64,000 nucleotides of DNA from Chloroflexota bacterium (GTDB lineage: Bacteria; Chloroflexota; Dehalococcoidia; JACPQK01), in the NCBI GenBank assembly GCA_016190505.1, contig JACPQM010000023.1, positions 2,877 through 66,876 on the forward strand, read 5' to 3'. The first letter of the stretch is position 1, and every line of letters starts with the position of its first letter. Shown here in pieces: positions 47,761 to 57,374 of the stretch. A program made the position numbers and the translations under genes. The notes beneath the pieces are model-generated. The model did no database searches, was not told the DNA's origin, and saw nothing but the letters and a program-made list of their open reading frames with translations.

Positions 47761-49233
47761 CTATCCTGCGCCTTTGCCCTGTCTGGCCAGCCAGATGGTG
47801 GGTTGGGCCAGGCGCCACTGGTCGCACTTGAGGCAGCGGTTGGCCTCCTCCAGGGCCTGGGCCTCGGTGTAGCCAGTCTCCACCTCGTCGAAGCTGGCAC
47901 GCCGGCGCGACAGGGGGATGGAGGGCATAGGCACCCGCAGGCCCTCGGGGACGTTCTGGACGTCCTCGGCGGCGACTTTGTACTCGGGGGCCAGCGCCTC
48001 CTCAATGTTGCCGCTGCCGCCCAGCTCGATATCCATGGAGATGGCGGCCTGCCTCCCGTGGGCGATGGCCTCCACGAACGAGGCCGGTCCCAGGACGGCG
48101 TCGCCGCCGGAGAACACTCCCTGGCGGCTGACGGCCATGGTGGCCGGGTCGGCCTCGATGGTCCCCCGGCGGGTCAGGTTGACCCCCAGCTTGGGGGTGA
48201 CACGGGGCCGCTGGCCGATGGCTGCCAGCAGGCTGTCCATCTCGGTCCAGTACTCGGAGCCTACGATAGTAACAGGCCGGGGACGGCCGGTGGCGTCAGG
48301 CTCGCCCAGCTTCATACGGATGGCCTGGACCTTCAACCGCCCGTCGGCGGCGGCTATGCGGACGGGCGCGGCCAGGAACTCCAGCTTGACGCCCTCCAGA
48401 TCAGCGGCATCCACGTCAAAGTCGTGGGCCGGCATCTCGGCGCGGGTGCGCCGGTAGAGGATGGTCACGTCCCGGGCGCCCAGGCGCAGGGAGGCGCGGG
48501 CGCCGTCCACAGCCACGCAGCCGCCACCGACTACAATGACCCTGGCGCCCACCTGGACGCGCTCCCCGAGGTTCACCTTGCGCAGGAAGCTCACTGCATC
48601 GCTCACTCCGGGCAGGTCCTCACCCTCTACCATCAGGCCGCTGCCCTCCTGGGCGCCCAGGCCCAGGAACACGGCCTGGTAGTCCTGGCGGAGCAAATCC
48701 TCCACCGAGTCCACGGCCGTGTTCAGGCGGATGTCCACTCCTACCTCACCGAGCTGGGCCATCTCTTTGTCCAGGATGGTCCGGGGCAACCGGTAGAGGG
48801 GCATCCCCGTGCGCATGGTGCCGCCCAGGAAGGGAGTGGCCTCGAACAGGGTGACCGAGTGGCCCAGCTTGGCCAGGTAGTAGGCGCAGGCGAAGCCAGC
48901 GGGGCCGGAGCCGGCCACCGCTGCCTTTTTGCCGGTGGGGGGCAGGCGGTAGGCCCTGGCCCGCCATGAGCCATCGTCAAACTGGGCGCAGAAGCGCTTG
49001 AGGGCGTTGATGGCGATGGGCTGCTCCACCCGGCCCCGGCGGCATACGGTCTCGCAAGGGTGGTAGCATACGTGGCCGCAGATGTCGGGCAGGGGCATGC
49101 GCTCGCGCACCGCGGCCAGCGCCGCCGGGTAGTTGCGCTGGGTGATGAAACCGATGTACTTGGGGATGTCCAGGCCGGCGGGGCAGCCGCGGACGCAGGG
49201 GGCAACAAGACGGCGCACCGGTAGTGTAGTCAT
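47761..49233 (-). CDS. GltD/SfrB-like Fe-S flavoprotein, paralogue 2
   Basis: PC..CP, CG.VC..PCE..C, GSGPAG, GGG.VA.D, YRRT, GGD, RCLKC. Confidence 0.9.
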   Translation of the reverse strand: MTTLPVRRLVAPCVRGCPAGLDIPKYIGFITQRNYPAALAAVRERMPLPDICGHVCYHPCETVCRRGRVEQPIAINALKRFCAQFDDGSWRARAYRLPPTGKKAAVAGSGPAGFACAYYLAKLGHSVTLFEATPFLGGTMRTGMPLYRLPRTILDKEMAQLGEVGVDIRLNTAVDSVEDLLRQDYQAVFLGLGAQEGSGLMVEGEDLPGVSDAVSFLRKVNLGERVQVGARVIVVGGGCVAVDGARASLRLGARDVTILYRRTRAEMPAHDFDVDAADLEGVKLEFLAAPVRIAAADGRLKVQAIRMKLGEPDATGRPRPVTIVGSEYWTEMDSLLAAIGQRPRVTPKLGVNLTRRGTIEADPATMAVSRQGVFSGGDAVLGPASFVEAIAHGRQAAISMDIELGGSGNIEEALAPEYKVAAEDVQNVPEGLRVPMPSIPLSRRRASFDEVETGYTEAQALEEANRCLKCDQWRLAQPTIWLARQGKGAG

Positions 49234-49315
49234 GTCAACATCTTACCCCTCTTTCCCGCCCTTGGCTGCCCCGATGGTGGCCGGACCTATGGCAGGGCTA
49301 CCGCCAACTTCTCAG

Positions 49316-50788
49316 TCAGTCTGCCCCTTTACCTTTCCTGGCCAGCCAGAGCTTGGGCTGGGCCTGCTTCCATTGATCGCACTTGAGGCAGCGATGGGCC
49401 TCTTCGATAGCCTGCGCCTCGGAGTAGCCCAACTCCACAAGACCGAAGCTGCTGCACCGCTCGCCTCGGGTGATCTCCGCCACGTGCACGCGGGGACTGT
49501 CAGGCACCTCTGTTACGTCCTGGGGGCGGACGGCGTACTCCGGCGACAGGGCCTCCTCTATGTTGCCGTGGCCTCCAAGGTAAGCGTCCATGGAGGCTGC
49601 CGCCTTGCGGCCCTGGGCGACGGCCTCCGCGAACGAGGCGGGGCCCAGGACGACGTCGCCGCCGGAGAACACCCCGTCCCGGCTGGTAGCCAGAGTCTCG
49701 GCGTTGGCTTCCACGGTGCCCCATCGGGTGACGGTTATGCCTATCTGGCTGGGGACCTGGCAACGCTGGCCGATGGCTGCTAGCAGGGTGTCTACCTCCG
49801 TCCAGAACTCGGACCCCTCGAGGGGGACGGGGCGGGGGCGACCGGAGGCGTCGGGCTCGCCGAGCTGCATTCTGATGGACTGCACTTGGAGATGCCCGTC
49901 TGCCTGGCGCACCAGGACGGGGGCGGCCAGGAACTCGATGGTTATCCCTTCGCACTCGGTTGCCGCAATCTCAGCGACATCAGCCGGCATCTCGGCCCGG
50001 GTGCGCCGGTATAGCATAGTGACGTCTGTAGCCCCCAGACGCAGGGCTGTCCTGGCCGCATCCACCGCGACATTGCCCCCGCCCACTACCATCACCTTGG
50101 GGCCAACGGGAAGCTTCTCGCCCAGGTTGGCCTTGCCCAGGAAGGAGACGGCATCACTGACCCCCGCCAGTTCCTCCCCCTCGATGCTGAGCGAGCTGCC
50201 ATCCTGGGCTCCCAGCCCCAGAAAGACGGCCTGGTAGCCCTGGCCAAACAGCTCGTCTACAGATTCCACCGGGCTATTGAGCTTCAGGGTGACCCCCAGT
50301 TCCTCAAGCTGGGCTAGCTCCTTGTCCAGGATGGCCCTGGGCAACCGGAACCGGGGTATGCCCGTGCGCAACATGCCCCCGAGGAAGGGGTGGGCCTCAA
50401 AGATAGTCACGCAGTGGCCCAGCTTGGCCAGGTAGTAGGCGCAGGCGAAGCCCGCGGGACCGGAGCCTACCACGGCGGCTCTCATGCCGGCGAGGGGGCG
50501 CCGCGTCTCCCTTGCTCTCCAGGCCAGATCGTCCTGGTAGGCCACGAAGCGCTTCAGCTCCCGGATGGCAACGGGCTGGTCCACGCGGCCCCGGCGGCAC
50601 TCGTTCTCGCAGAGATGGAAGCAAATGTGCCCGCAGACGCCCGGAAGGGGCATACGCTCCCGGACCGTTGCTATGGCCGCCGAGTAGTTACCTTGAGCTA
50701 TGAATCCAACGTACTTGGGTATGTCTATGCCTAGTGGACATGCCCGCACACACGGGGCCACCAGGCGACGCACCGCCGCTGTGGTCAT
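49316..50788 (-). CDS. GltD/SfrB-like Fe-S flavoprotein, paralogue 1
   Basis: Same motifs; GGGNVAVDAAR..YRRT NADPH-type site. Confidence 0.9.
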   Translation of the reverse strand: MTTAAVRRLVAPCVRACPLGIDIPKYVGFIAQGNYSAAIATVRERMPLPGVCGHICFHLCENECRRGRVDQPVAIRELKRFVAYQDDLAWRARETRRPLAGMRAAVVGSGPAGFACAYYLAKLGHCVTIFEAHPFLGGMLRTGIPRFRLPRAILDKELAQLEELGVTLKLNSPVESVDELFGQGYQAVFLGLGAQDGSSLSIEGEELAGVSDAVSFLGKANLGEKLPVGPKVMVVGGGNVAVDAARTALRLGATDVTMLYRRTRAEMPADVAEIAATECEGITIEFLAAPVLVRQADGHLQVQSIRMQLGEPDASGRPRPVPLEGSEFWTEVDTLLAAIGQRCQVPSQIGITVTRWGTVEANAETLATSRDGVFSGGDVVLGPASFAEAVAQGRKAAASMDAYLGGHGNIEEALSPEYAVRPQDVTEVPDSPRVHVAEITRGERCSSFGLVELGYSEAQAIEEAHRCLKCDQWKQAQPKLWLARKGKGAD

Positions 50789-50826
50789 AGCGCCTCCCAG
50801 TCACAGTCATTCAAACTCAACGCTTA

Positions 50827-53589
50827 CTACTGTATCTTCTCCACCCGGACGGCGCAGCCCTTGTACTCGGGCAGCTTGGTGCTGGGGTCCAGGGCGGGAT
50901 TGGTCAGGATGTTGGCCCGCGGGTCCGGGTAGTGGAACAGCATCCAGGTGAGCCCGGGCGGGCAGTCAAGCGAGATACGTGCCGGCGCGTTGACCTCGCC
51001 CCGGCGGCTGACCACGCGGACCAACTCGCCATCGGATATGCCCATGGCGCCGGCATCGTCGGGGTTTATCTCGATGTGCCCGTTGCCCTTTATGGCCGCA
51101 AACCCAGGCGACTTGTCCATCAGGTTATCAGTGTCGAAGTGCCAGTAGGAGCGCCCCGTAGTCAGGGTCAGGGGGAAGTCGCTGGTGGGCGGCTCCTGGC
51201 AGTGGCGCTCGGCCAGCGGCGTGAACAGGCCCTTGCCCCTGGCAACGCCCTCGGCGTGAAGGGACCGCGTGCCAGGATGGTCGGCGGTGGGGCAAGGCCA
51301 CTGGATGCCAGCCACGCCCGCCTTGTCCAGCCGCTCATAAGAGATGCCGGCCCAGTCTGGGGTAAGGCGCGCGATCTCGTCCATGACCTGCGAGGGGTGG
51401 GTGTAGCCGAAGCCCTGGGCGCCCATGCGCTGGGCGAGCTGGCTGATGGTCCACCAGTCTGCCTTTGACTCACCCTTGGGCTCGAAGCACTGGCGTACCC
51501 GCTGCACCCGGCGCTCGGTATTGGTGAAGGTGCCGTCCTTCTCGGCGAAGGAGCAAGCCGGGAGCACCACATCGGCGAGCTGGGCTTCCTCGGTAAGGAA
51601 AAGGTCCTGGACCACCAGGAAGTCCAGCCTCTTGAGGGCGGCGCTCACCCTGGTGGCGTCGGGGTGGGTCTGGGCCACCCGTTCGCCCATGATGAGCATG
51701 GCCCTGACCTTACTCTGCTCCACAGCATGGGGCAAGACCTCGGTGGAGGTCAGGCCACGGCCAGCGGGAAGGGAGCAGGCCCAGGTCTTTTCGAACTTGT
51801 CGCGGACTGCCGTGTTGTCCAGGTGCTGGCCGCCGGTCAGACTGCTTGGGATAGCGCCCATGTCCGTGGCGCCCTGGAGGTTGTTGTGGCCCCACAGGGG
51901 GCTCACCCCCGAACCGGGCATGCCCAGGTTGCCGGTCAGTAATGCCAGGTCGGCCAGGGCCAGCACGTTCTCCGTGCCGTGCTCGTGCTGGGTTATGCCC
52001 GTGGCCCAGGTGATCACCGCTGGCTTCGACGCGGCGAAGGTGCGGGCGGCCTGCGCTATTCTGTCGGCGGGGACGCCGGTTGTCCTGGACACCGTTTCCA
52101 GGTCGAAGGCCTGGAGGGAGTTCTTGAATTCCTCGTAGTTCTCGCAGCGTTCCTCGATAAACTTCCTGTCCTCCAGGCCCTCGTCCACAATCAGTTTCAT
52201 CATGGCGCCGACGAGGGCGATGTCGGTGCCTGGGCGTACCTGGAGGAACAAGGTGGCATCCTTGCAGATGTCAATCCAGCGGGGGTTGATGACGATGAGC
52301 TTGGCCCCTTTGTTCCGGGCGCGGGTGTAGCTGAGCTCCAGGACTGAGTGGTTGGCCGTGGTGTTGGTGCCTACGGCCAGGATGCATTTGGCCTGGGCGA
52401 TGTCGTCCATGGAGTTGGACATGGCGCCTATGCCGAGCGCTGTGGTCAGGCCGGCCACGGTGGTGGCGTGGCACAGCCTGGCGCAGTGGTCCACGTTGTT
52501 GGTCTGCATCACCGCCCGGGCGAACTTCATGGCCACGTAGTTGTCCTCGTTGGTGGCCTTGGCCGAGGTGAGCATGGCGAAGGAATCGCCCTTGTGCTCG
52601 GCCAGCTTGCTGGCGACAAGGTTGAGGGCCTCGTCCCAGGAGGCCGGCTCCAGCTTGCCGTCCCGCCTAATCAGGGGGGTGGTCAGGCGCTGGGGGCTCT
52701 GGGCGAAATCCAGGGAGAACCTGCCCCGGACGCAGGCCTGGCCCCGGTTAGCGGGCGCGTCCCGGTTGGGGGTGCAACGGACGATCTTGTCGTTCTTGAT
52801 GGCTAGGTCGAGGACGCAGCCCACGCCGCAATAGGGGCAGGTAGTGGTCACTGTCCGCTCGGTGAAGCCGTCCCAGCGCCCGGAGCGCTCCAGCAGCGCG
52901 GCGCAGGGGCAGGCGTCCACGCAGGCGCCGCAGAAGATGCACCGGGAGTTTACGAGCGGGACGTTGTACAGGGTGCCGGGCACGGTAGGGTTGCCCCGGC
53001 TGGTCATGGAGATGGCCTGCACGTTGCGGACCTCGTCGCACATGCGAACGCAGCGGGCGCACACGATGCAGTAGTTGTACTCCCGGTCGTAGTACGGATC
53101 CTGCTGGTTGACCGGGTAGCCCTTGGGGTAGAAGGGCAGCTCCGAGCCATGCAGGTTTACATAATGCGAGACCTCTTGAAGCTCGCAGCGCTTGTTCTTG
53201 GGGCACAGCACGCAACGCGGGGTGACGCCGGCACTCCGCAGGCAGACCATGGTGGGGTCGCAGTGGTATAGTCGCCAGCAGGTGAGACAGACGTTGGGGT
53301 GCTCGGTGATCAGCAAGGCCAGGATCTGGCGGCGGAGCTGCTGGACCTCGGGGGTCTCGGTGCGCACGATCATGCCCTCGGATACGGGGGTGGTGCACGA
53401 GGCGGGGAAGCCGGGCATCTTCTCGATCTGCACCAGGCAGATGCGGCAGGCGCCGAAGGGCTTCATGTCGCGATGCCAGCACAGCGTGGGGATGTAGATG
53501 CCGTTGGCCCGGGCAGCCTCTAGCACGGTCATCCCGCGCTGGGCGACCACTGGCTTTTCGTTGATGGTAAGGTTTATGCCGTCGGCCAT
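50827..53589 (-). CDS. Formate dehydrogenase alpha-like molybdopterin oxidoreductase
   Basis: N-terminal 2Fe-2S/4Fe-4S domains, TCPYCGVGC, DHCARLCH, EKDGTFTNTERRVQ, LTTGR, PEYK; catalytic Arg replaced. Confidence 0.85.
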   Translation of the reverse strand: MADGINLTINEKPVVAQRGMTVLEAARANGIYIPTLCWHRDMKPFGACRICLVQIEKMPGFPASCTTPVSEGMIVRTETPEVQQLRRQILALLITEHPNVCLTCWRLYHCDPTMVCLRSAGVTPRCVLCPKNKRCELQEVSHYVNLHGSELPFYPKGYPVNQQDPYYDREYNYCIVCARCVRMCDEVRNVQAISMTSRGNPTVPGTLYNVPLVNSRCIFCGACVDACPCAALLERSGRWDGFTERTVTTTCPYCGVGCVLDLAIKNDKIVRCTPNRDAPANRGQACVRGRFSLDFAQSPQRLTTPLIRRDGKLEPASWDEALNLVASKLAEHKGDSFAMLTSAKATNEDNYVAMKFARAVMQTNNVDHCARLCHATTVAGLTTALGIGAMSNSMDDIAQAKCILAVGTNTTANHSVLELSYTRARNKGAKLIVINPRWIDICKDATLFLQVRPGTDIALVGAMMKLIVDEGLEDRKFIEERCENYEEFKNSLQAFDLETVSRTTGVPADRIAQAARTFAASKPAVITWATGITQHEHGTENVLALADLALLTGNLGMPGSGVSPLWGHNNLQGATDMGAIPSSLTGGQHLDNTAVRDKFEKTWACSLPAGRGLTSTEVLPHAVEQSKVRAMLIMGERVAQTHPDATRVSAALKRLDFLVVQDLFLTEEAQLADVVLPACSFAEKDGTFTNTERRVQRVRQCFEPKGESKADWWTISQLAQRMGAQGFGYTHPSQVMDEIARLTPDWAGISYERLDKAGVAGIQWPCPTADHPGTRSLHAEGVARGKGLFTPLAERHCQEPPTSDFPLTLTTGRSYWHFDTDNLMDKSPGFAAIKGNGHIEINPDDAGAMGISDGELVRVVSRRGEVNAPARISLDCPPGLTWMLFHYPDPRANILTNPALDPSTKLPEYKGCAVRVEKIQ

Positions 53590-53639
53590 AGGCGGGCCTC
53601 CTCCGCTGTCGTGCTCTGAGACTGGGGGTGATGTGGGGT

Positions 53640-53745
53640 CCCCCTCTCCCTCGACGGGAGAGGACTAAGGTGAGGGTGAGGCATGCCCATGAACACGTTC
53701 AGCCTCCCCCTCACTCTCGCTCTCTCCCGCTAGGGGAGAGAGGGG
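53640..53745. repeat. REP-like doublet (CCCTCTCCCTCGACGGGAGAGG family)
   Basis: Near-duplicate of 54305-54410. Confidence 0.8.
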
Positions 53746-54379
53746 ATGCAATCATCGTCTGGTATTCGTCAATCATCTCTTGGATGTACAAAGACATGTA
53801 GCCAGCGTTACGCGCCTGGAACGCGGGGTCCTTCCAATCATCGCTGGTCACCCGGCCCCGGCATGAGGGCGCACCGCAGTGGCACTCGACGTCGAGGCCG
53901 ATGGTGTCCGTGGTGGCGTAGTCGAAGGTCAGCTCCTCACCTGGCGCGATGTCCCGGCGGGCCAACACAATGATCTGGCCTTTCACGCCGCAAGAGGGCT
54001 CGCAGGAGTGGTTCATGTAGTCCACAGGCTCCATCTCTGCGGCCGTCCTTGGCCCGACAAAGAGGTCATGCCAGACCTGGACCGGGTGCTCCCGCACTTC
54101 CGGGGGCAGTTGCTGCATGTCTTCCCTGGTGATAAGGTGGCCGCCCCAGACGGCGACCAGCTCGCCACTGGCGATTGCCTGTACGGCTATGATGCCTTTG
54201 CCGGAGATATGGCTAGGGCCTACGGCAACCTTGCGTGTCAGGTAGGAAGCAAAAAGGTTGACGTTCGGGATGTCATTGCCCCTGACAGGAGGGGTGCGGA
54301 GACTCCCCCTCTCCCTCGACGGGAGAGGATTAAGGTGAGGGTGAGGTCCGCCGGTGACCACGTCCAACCTCCCCCTCAC
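53711..54379 (-). CDS. SET-domain protein with post-SET Cys motif (start uncertain)
   Basis: GKG..A...I..GE, YMNHSCEP, DIAPGEELTFDY, CHCGAPSCRG; both ORF ends overlap REP elements. Confidence 0.85.
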   Translation of the reverse strand: MRGRLDVVTGGPHPHLNPLPSRERGSLRTPPVRGNDIPNVNLFASYLTRKVAVGPSHISGKGIIAVQAIASGELVAVWGGHLITREDMQQLPPEVREHPVQVWHDLFVGPRTAAEMEPVDYMNHSCEPSCGVKGQIIVLARRDIAPGEELTFDYATTDTIGLDVECHCGAPSCRGRVTSDDWKDPAFQARNAGYMSLYIQEMIDEYQTMIASPLSPSGRERE

Positions 54380-54410
54380 TCTCGCTCTCTCCCGCCAGGG
54401 GAGAGAGGAG
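54305..54410. repeat. REP-like doublet
   Basis: Direct repeat of 53640-53745 flanking the SET gene. Confidence 0.8.
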
Positions 54411-54501
54411 ATACTTCCTCCCGCTGTCGAAGCTGTTTCAAGTATGAAAGATGTTGAGGCAGTGCGGTCCTCCCCGCCGGGGCGGGCACGGAGTCCCGCC
54501 C

Positions 54502-54798
54502 CTACACAAGATAATCACCCATTCTTCCTGTGTGCAGCTTTATCTCGTTTCGTTTGAGCACTTTCTCTATCGCAGCGGGAATGTCCATCAACGAGCCAAA
54601 GTGTGCTCCGCGCCCTTGCGACGGAATTCCATGCGATGCATGCTTCGTGATATATACGATGCCGTTTGTCCAGGCGTGTTTGGGTAGGATATCCCCTTTC
54701 GCGCTGGCGCCAGACATCCCACCAGTGAAAAAGCGAATCCTGACCTCGATCGTTCTTTCATTAGCGGCGGCTTTGATGATTCTGCTTGTCCCAGGCAT
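54502..54798 (-). CDS. Hypothetical protein
   Basis: SD AAGGAGG, 98 aa, visibly lower GC. Confidence 0.65.
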   Translation of the reverse strand: MPGTSRIIKAAANERTIEVRIRFFTGGMSGASAKGDILPKHAWTNGIVYITKHASHGIPSQGRGAHFGSLMDIPAAIEKVLKRNEIKLHTGRMGDYLV

Positions 54799-54813
54799 CG
54801 GGGCCTCCTTGCG

Positions 54814-56490
54814 CTATTCTTTGCCCATGTCGCACTGGCCGGTGGGGCAGCGCTTGTCCTTGACGTGGGCCTCGTATTCTTCCTTGAAGTAGCGCAGGCT
54901 GGCCCGCAAGGGGGTACCGGCGAGCTGGCCCAGTCCGCATAGAGAGCCGGAGGTCATGGTCTGTGCCAGCTCCAGGATGCGGTCCAGGTGCTCAGGCCGG
55001 CCCTGGCCGTGGACAATGGCGTCGTAGATCTCCAGTACCCGCTTGGTGCCCACCCGGCATGGTATGCACTTGCCACAGGACTCCTTCTGGTTGAAGGCGG
55101 TGAGCAGACGGGTGAACTGCACGATGCACTGGTCCTGGTCCAGCACCACATTCCCCCCGGAGCCAAGCATGGCCCCGGTCCCCGCCAGGGAGTCGAAGTC
55201 CAACACCATATCCAGGGCGGAAGGTGGCAGGAACCCGCCCAGCGGGCCACCAAGCTGCATGGCCTTGAGGGCCTTGCCGTTGGGGATACCTCCGCCCACC
55301 ACTTCGATAGCCTGGCGCAGGGTGATGCCCATGGGCACCTCGCTGAGGCCGGGCCGGACGATGTTACCCGAGAGGCACAGCAGGATGGTCCCCTTGCTCT
55401 TCTCGGTGCCGTAGCTGGCGTACCACTGGGCGCCCCGGGCCATGATGATGGGCGCGAAGGCATAGCTCTTGACGTTGTTCACGTTGGTGGGCTTGCCGAA
55501 GATGCCCACCTGGGCCGGGAACGGCGGGCGGGCGCGAGGGAATCCACGCTTGCCCTCCACTGACTCCATGAGGGCGGTCTCCTCGCCGCACTCGTAGGCC
55601 TCACCCGTCTCTTTGATCTCGATGTCGTAAGAAAAACTGCTGCCCAGGATGTTCTGGCCCAGCAGGTTGTTGGCGTACATCTGCTCCAGGGCGCGACGCA
55701 GCCGGGCCACCGACAGCGCGGACTCTGTGCGCACGTGGATAAAGCCCTTGACGGCTCCAGTGGCGTAGCCGCAAATGGTCACGCCCTCGAGCACCAGATG
55801 GGGGTTGCTCTCCATGAGACGGCGGTCGTTATAGGCGCCGGGGTCGCCCTCTTCCGCGTTGCAGGCAACGTATTTCACCGGGCCGGGTGCGGTGGCCAGG
55901 AACTCCCACTTGCGGCCCACGGGAAAAGCGGCGCCACCCCGGCCCCGCAGTCCGGAGTTCTTTACTTCGTCCAGTACTTGCTGTGGAGTCATGCCCAGCG
56001 CGCGACCGAGTCCCGTGTAGCCTCCGTTGGCGATGTAGTGGTCTATGTCCCACGGGTCTATAGAGCCGCAGTCCTGGGTGGCGATCCGGGTCTGGAGGCG
56101 CAGCCCCGGGTCCTCCAGCAGGTTAGGCAGGCCCCAGCCGTTGGAGTCGCCCCAGGTGCCCAGGGCCATGTCCCGGGGACGGTCGCTGGTCAGGGCGTCC
56201 TCAACGACGGCGGGTACTCTGGTCGGCGTCACCGACCCATATACTATTGGCGGCTTGCCCGGCCTGATAACGCGGACCAGGACCTCGGAGGAGCACAATC
56301 CCAGACAGCCCACGGGCATAACCGTGGCCGAGAGGTGGCGCCGCTCGATCTCCTGGCGGAAGGCGGAGAGCACCCCCTGGGAGCCCTGGGCACGGCCGCA
56401 ATCGGCATCCCCCACCAGGATACGGGGCGCCTGTTCCAGGGCCTCCCACTTGGCTTTGGCTGTCTCCTGGAGAGCGCGCAGGTCTGCCAT
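54814..56490 (-). CDS. NuoF/HydB-like FMN subunit
   Basis: SGLRGRGGAAFP, EGDPG, CGEETAL, NNV, ESCGKCIPCR, LCGLG; thioredoxin-like N-terminus. Confidence 0.92.
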   Translation of the reverse strand: MADLRALQETAKAKWEALEQAPRILVGDADCGRAQGSQGVLSAFRQEIERRHLSATVMPVGCLGLCSSEVLVRVIRPGKPPIVYGSVTPTRVPAVVEDALTSDRPRDMALGTWGDSNGWGLPNLLEDPGLRLQTRIATQDCGSIDPWDIDHYIANGGYTGLGRALGMTPQQVLDEVKNSGLRGRGGAAFPVGRKWEFLATAPGPVKYVACNAEEGDPGAYNDRRLMESNPHLVLEGVTICGYATGAVKGFIHVRTESALSVARLRRALEQMYANNLLGQNILGSSFSYDIEIKETGEAYECGEETALMESVEGKRGFPRARPPFPAQVGIFGKPTNVNNVKSYAFAPIIMARGAQWYASYGTEKSKGTILLCLSGNIVRPGLSEVPMGITLRQAIEVVGGGIPNGKALKAMQLGGPLGGFLPPSALDMVLDFDSLAGTGAMLGSGGNVVLDQDQCIVQFTRLLTAFNQKESCGKCIPCRVGTKRVLEIYDAIVHGQGRPEHLDRILELAQTMTSGSLCGLGQLAGTPLRASLRYFKEEYEAHVKDKRCPTGQCDMGKE

Positions 56491-56494
56491 TGGT

Positions 56495-57040
56495 CTATCC
56501 CTCGCTTCGACCGCCCCGATGCATCGGGGCGGTCTCCGGGCGTCCCCGGGCCAGGGCCTGGTCTACCTGTTCTGGAGCTACCAGGCCCACCGGCTCCGTA
56601 TCCACCGCCAGGGCCGGCGCATTGGCGCAGGTCCCCAGGCAGGAGACGGTCTCCAGGAAGTACTGGCCGTCGGGCGTGGTGCCCCCCACTGGCACGCCCA
56701 GGTGCCCTTCCACAGCCCTCAGCAGGCGCAGCGCCCCGCGGACGTGGCAGGCGGGGCCCGTGCACACACGGACGGCGTGCTGCCCGTGAGGCTTGGCCCG
56801 GAGGTCGCCGTAGAAGCTGACCACCCCGTAGACGAAGTTGGGGGACACGCCCAGCAACCGGGACACCTCGCGGGCGGCGGCTTCGGGCACGTAACCCAAG
56901 CGCTCCTGTATCCGCTGCAGAGCGGGAATGACCTGGTCGCGCTGTCCGGCGAAGGGTTTCAGGACCTCCCTTATCTGCGCCTCCAGGCCAGTCTCGGGCA
57001 CATCTTTGGCGGTAATGGGCTCAAGACCTCGGGGGGACAT
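56495..57040 (-). CDS. NuoE/HydC-like 2Fe-2S subunit
   Basis: LQRIQERLGYVP, VCTGPACHVRG, CLGTCANAP. Confidence 0.92.
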   Translation of the reverse strand: MSPRGLEPITAKDVPETGLEAQIREVLKPFAGQRDQVIPALQRIQERLGYVPEAAAREVSRLLGVSPNFVYGVVSFYGDLRAKPHGQHAVRVCTGPACHVRGALRLLRAVEGHLGVPVGGTTPDGQYFLETVSCLGTCANAPALAVDTEPVGLVAPEQVDQALARGRPETAPMHRGGRSEG

Positions 57041-57162
57041 AGCTCCTCCTCGTTGTGGCCCCGACACGTTGGGGCATAGGGGCAACGCGCTATCCCTGGC
57101 ATTCGTAGGGAAATATATCACACACCAAGGGGCGCTTCAAGGCGGGCTACGGGCTACGGGTG

Positions 57163-57328
57163 GTAGGGCGCACGCCATGCGCCCCTACGGGCTGCGGGCT
57201 GCACATGGGCCAGGTGGGTACGAAGGGCGTAGGGGCGCCCTGATCCATCGGGGCGCCCCTACGGCTGCATGGCCAGCCCCGATCGGGGCTGCCGCAAGCG
57301 TAGGGGCATGGCGCGCCATGCCCCTACG
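57163..57328. repeat. Three GTAGGG...CCCTAC REP palindromes
   Basis: Units at about 57163, 57229 and 57300. Confidence 0.85.
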
Positions 57329-57374
57329 GCTCTACATCTCCCCGAAGCCTGAAGCCCGGAGCCCGGAGCCCGAA

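Noticed and set aside
52460-52490. Selenocysteine in the FdhA-like gene
   Set aside because: The ligand codon is TGC (Cys); there is no in-frame TGA.
57341-57374. Heptamer runs (GAAGCCC/GGAGCCC), also at about 28172-28200
   Set aside because: Short degenerate REP-associated spacer sequence; no evidence of a separate function.
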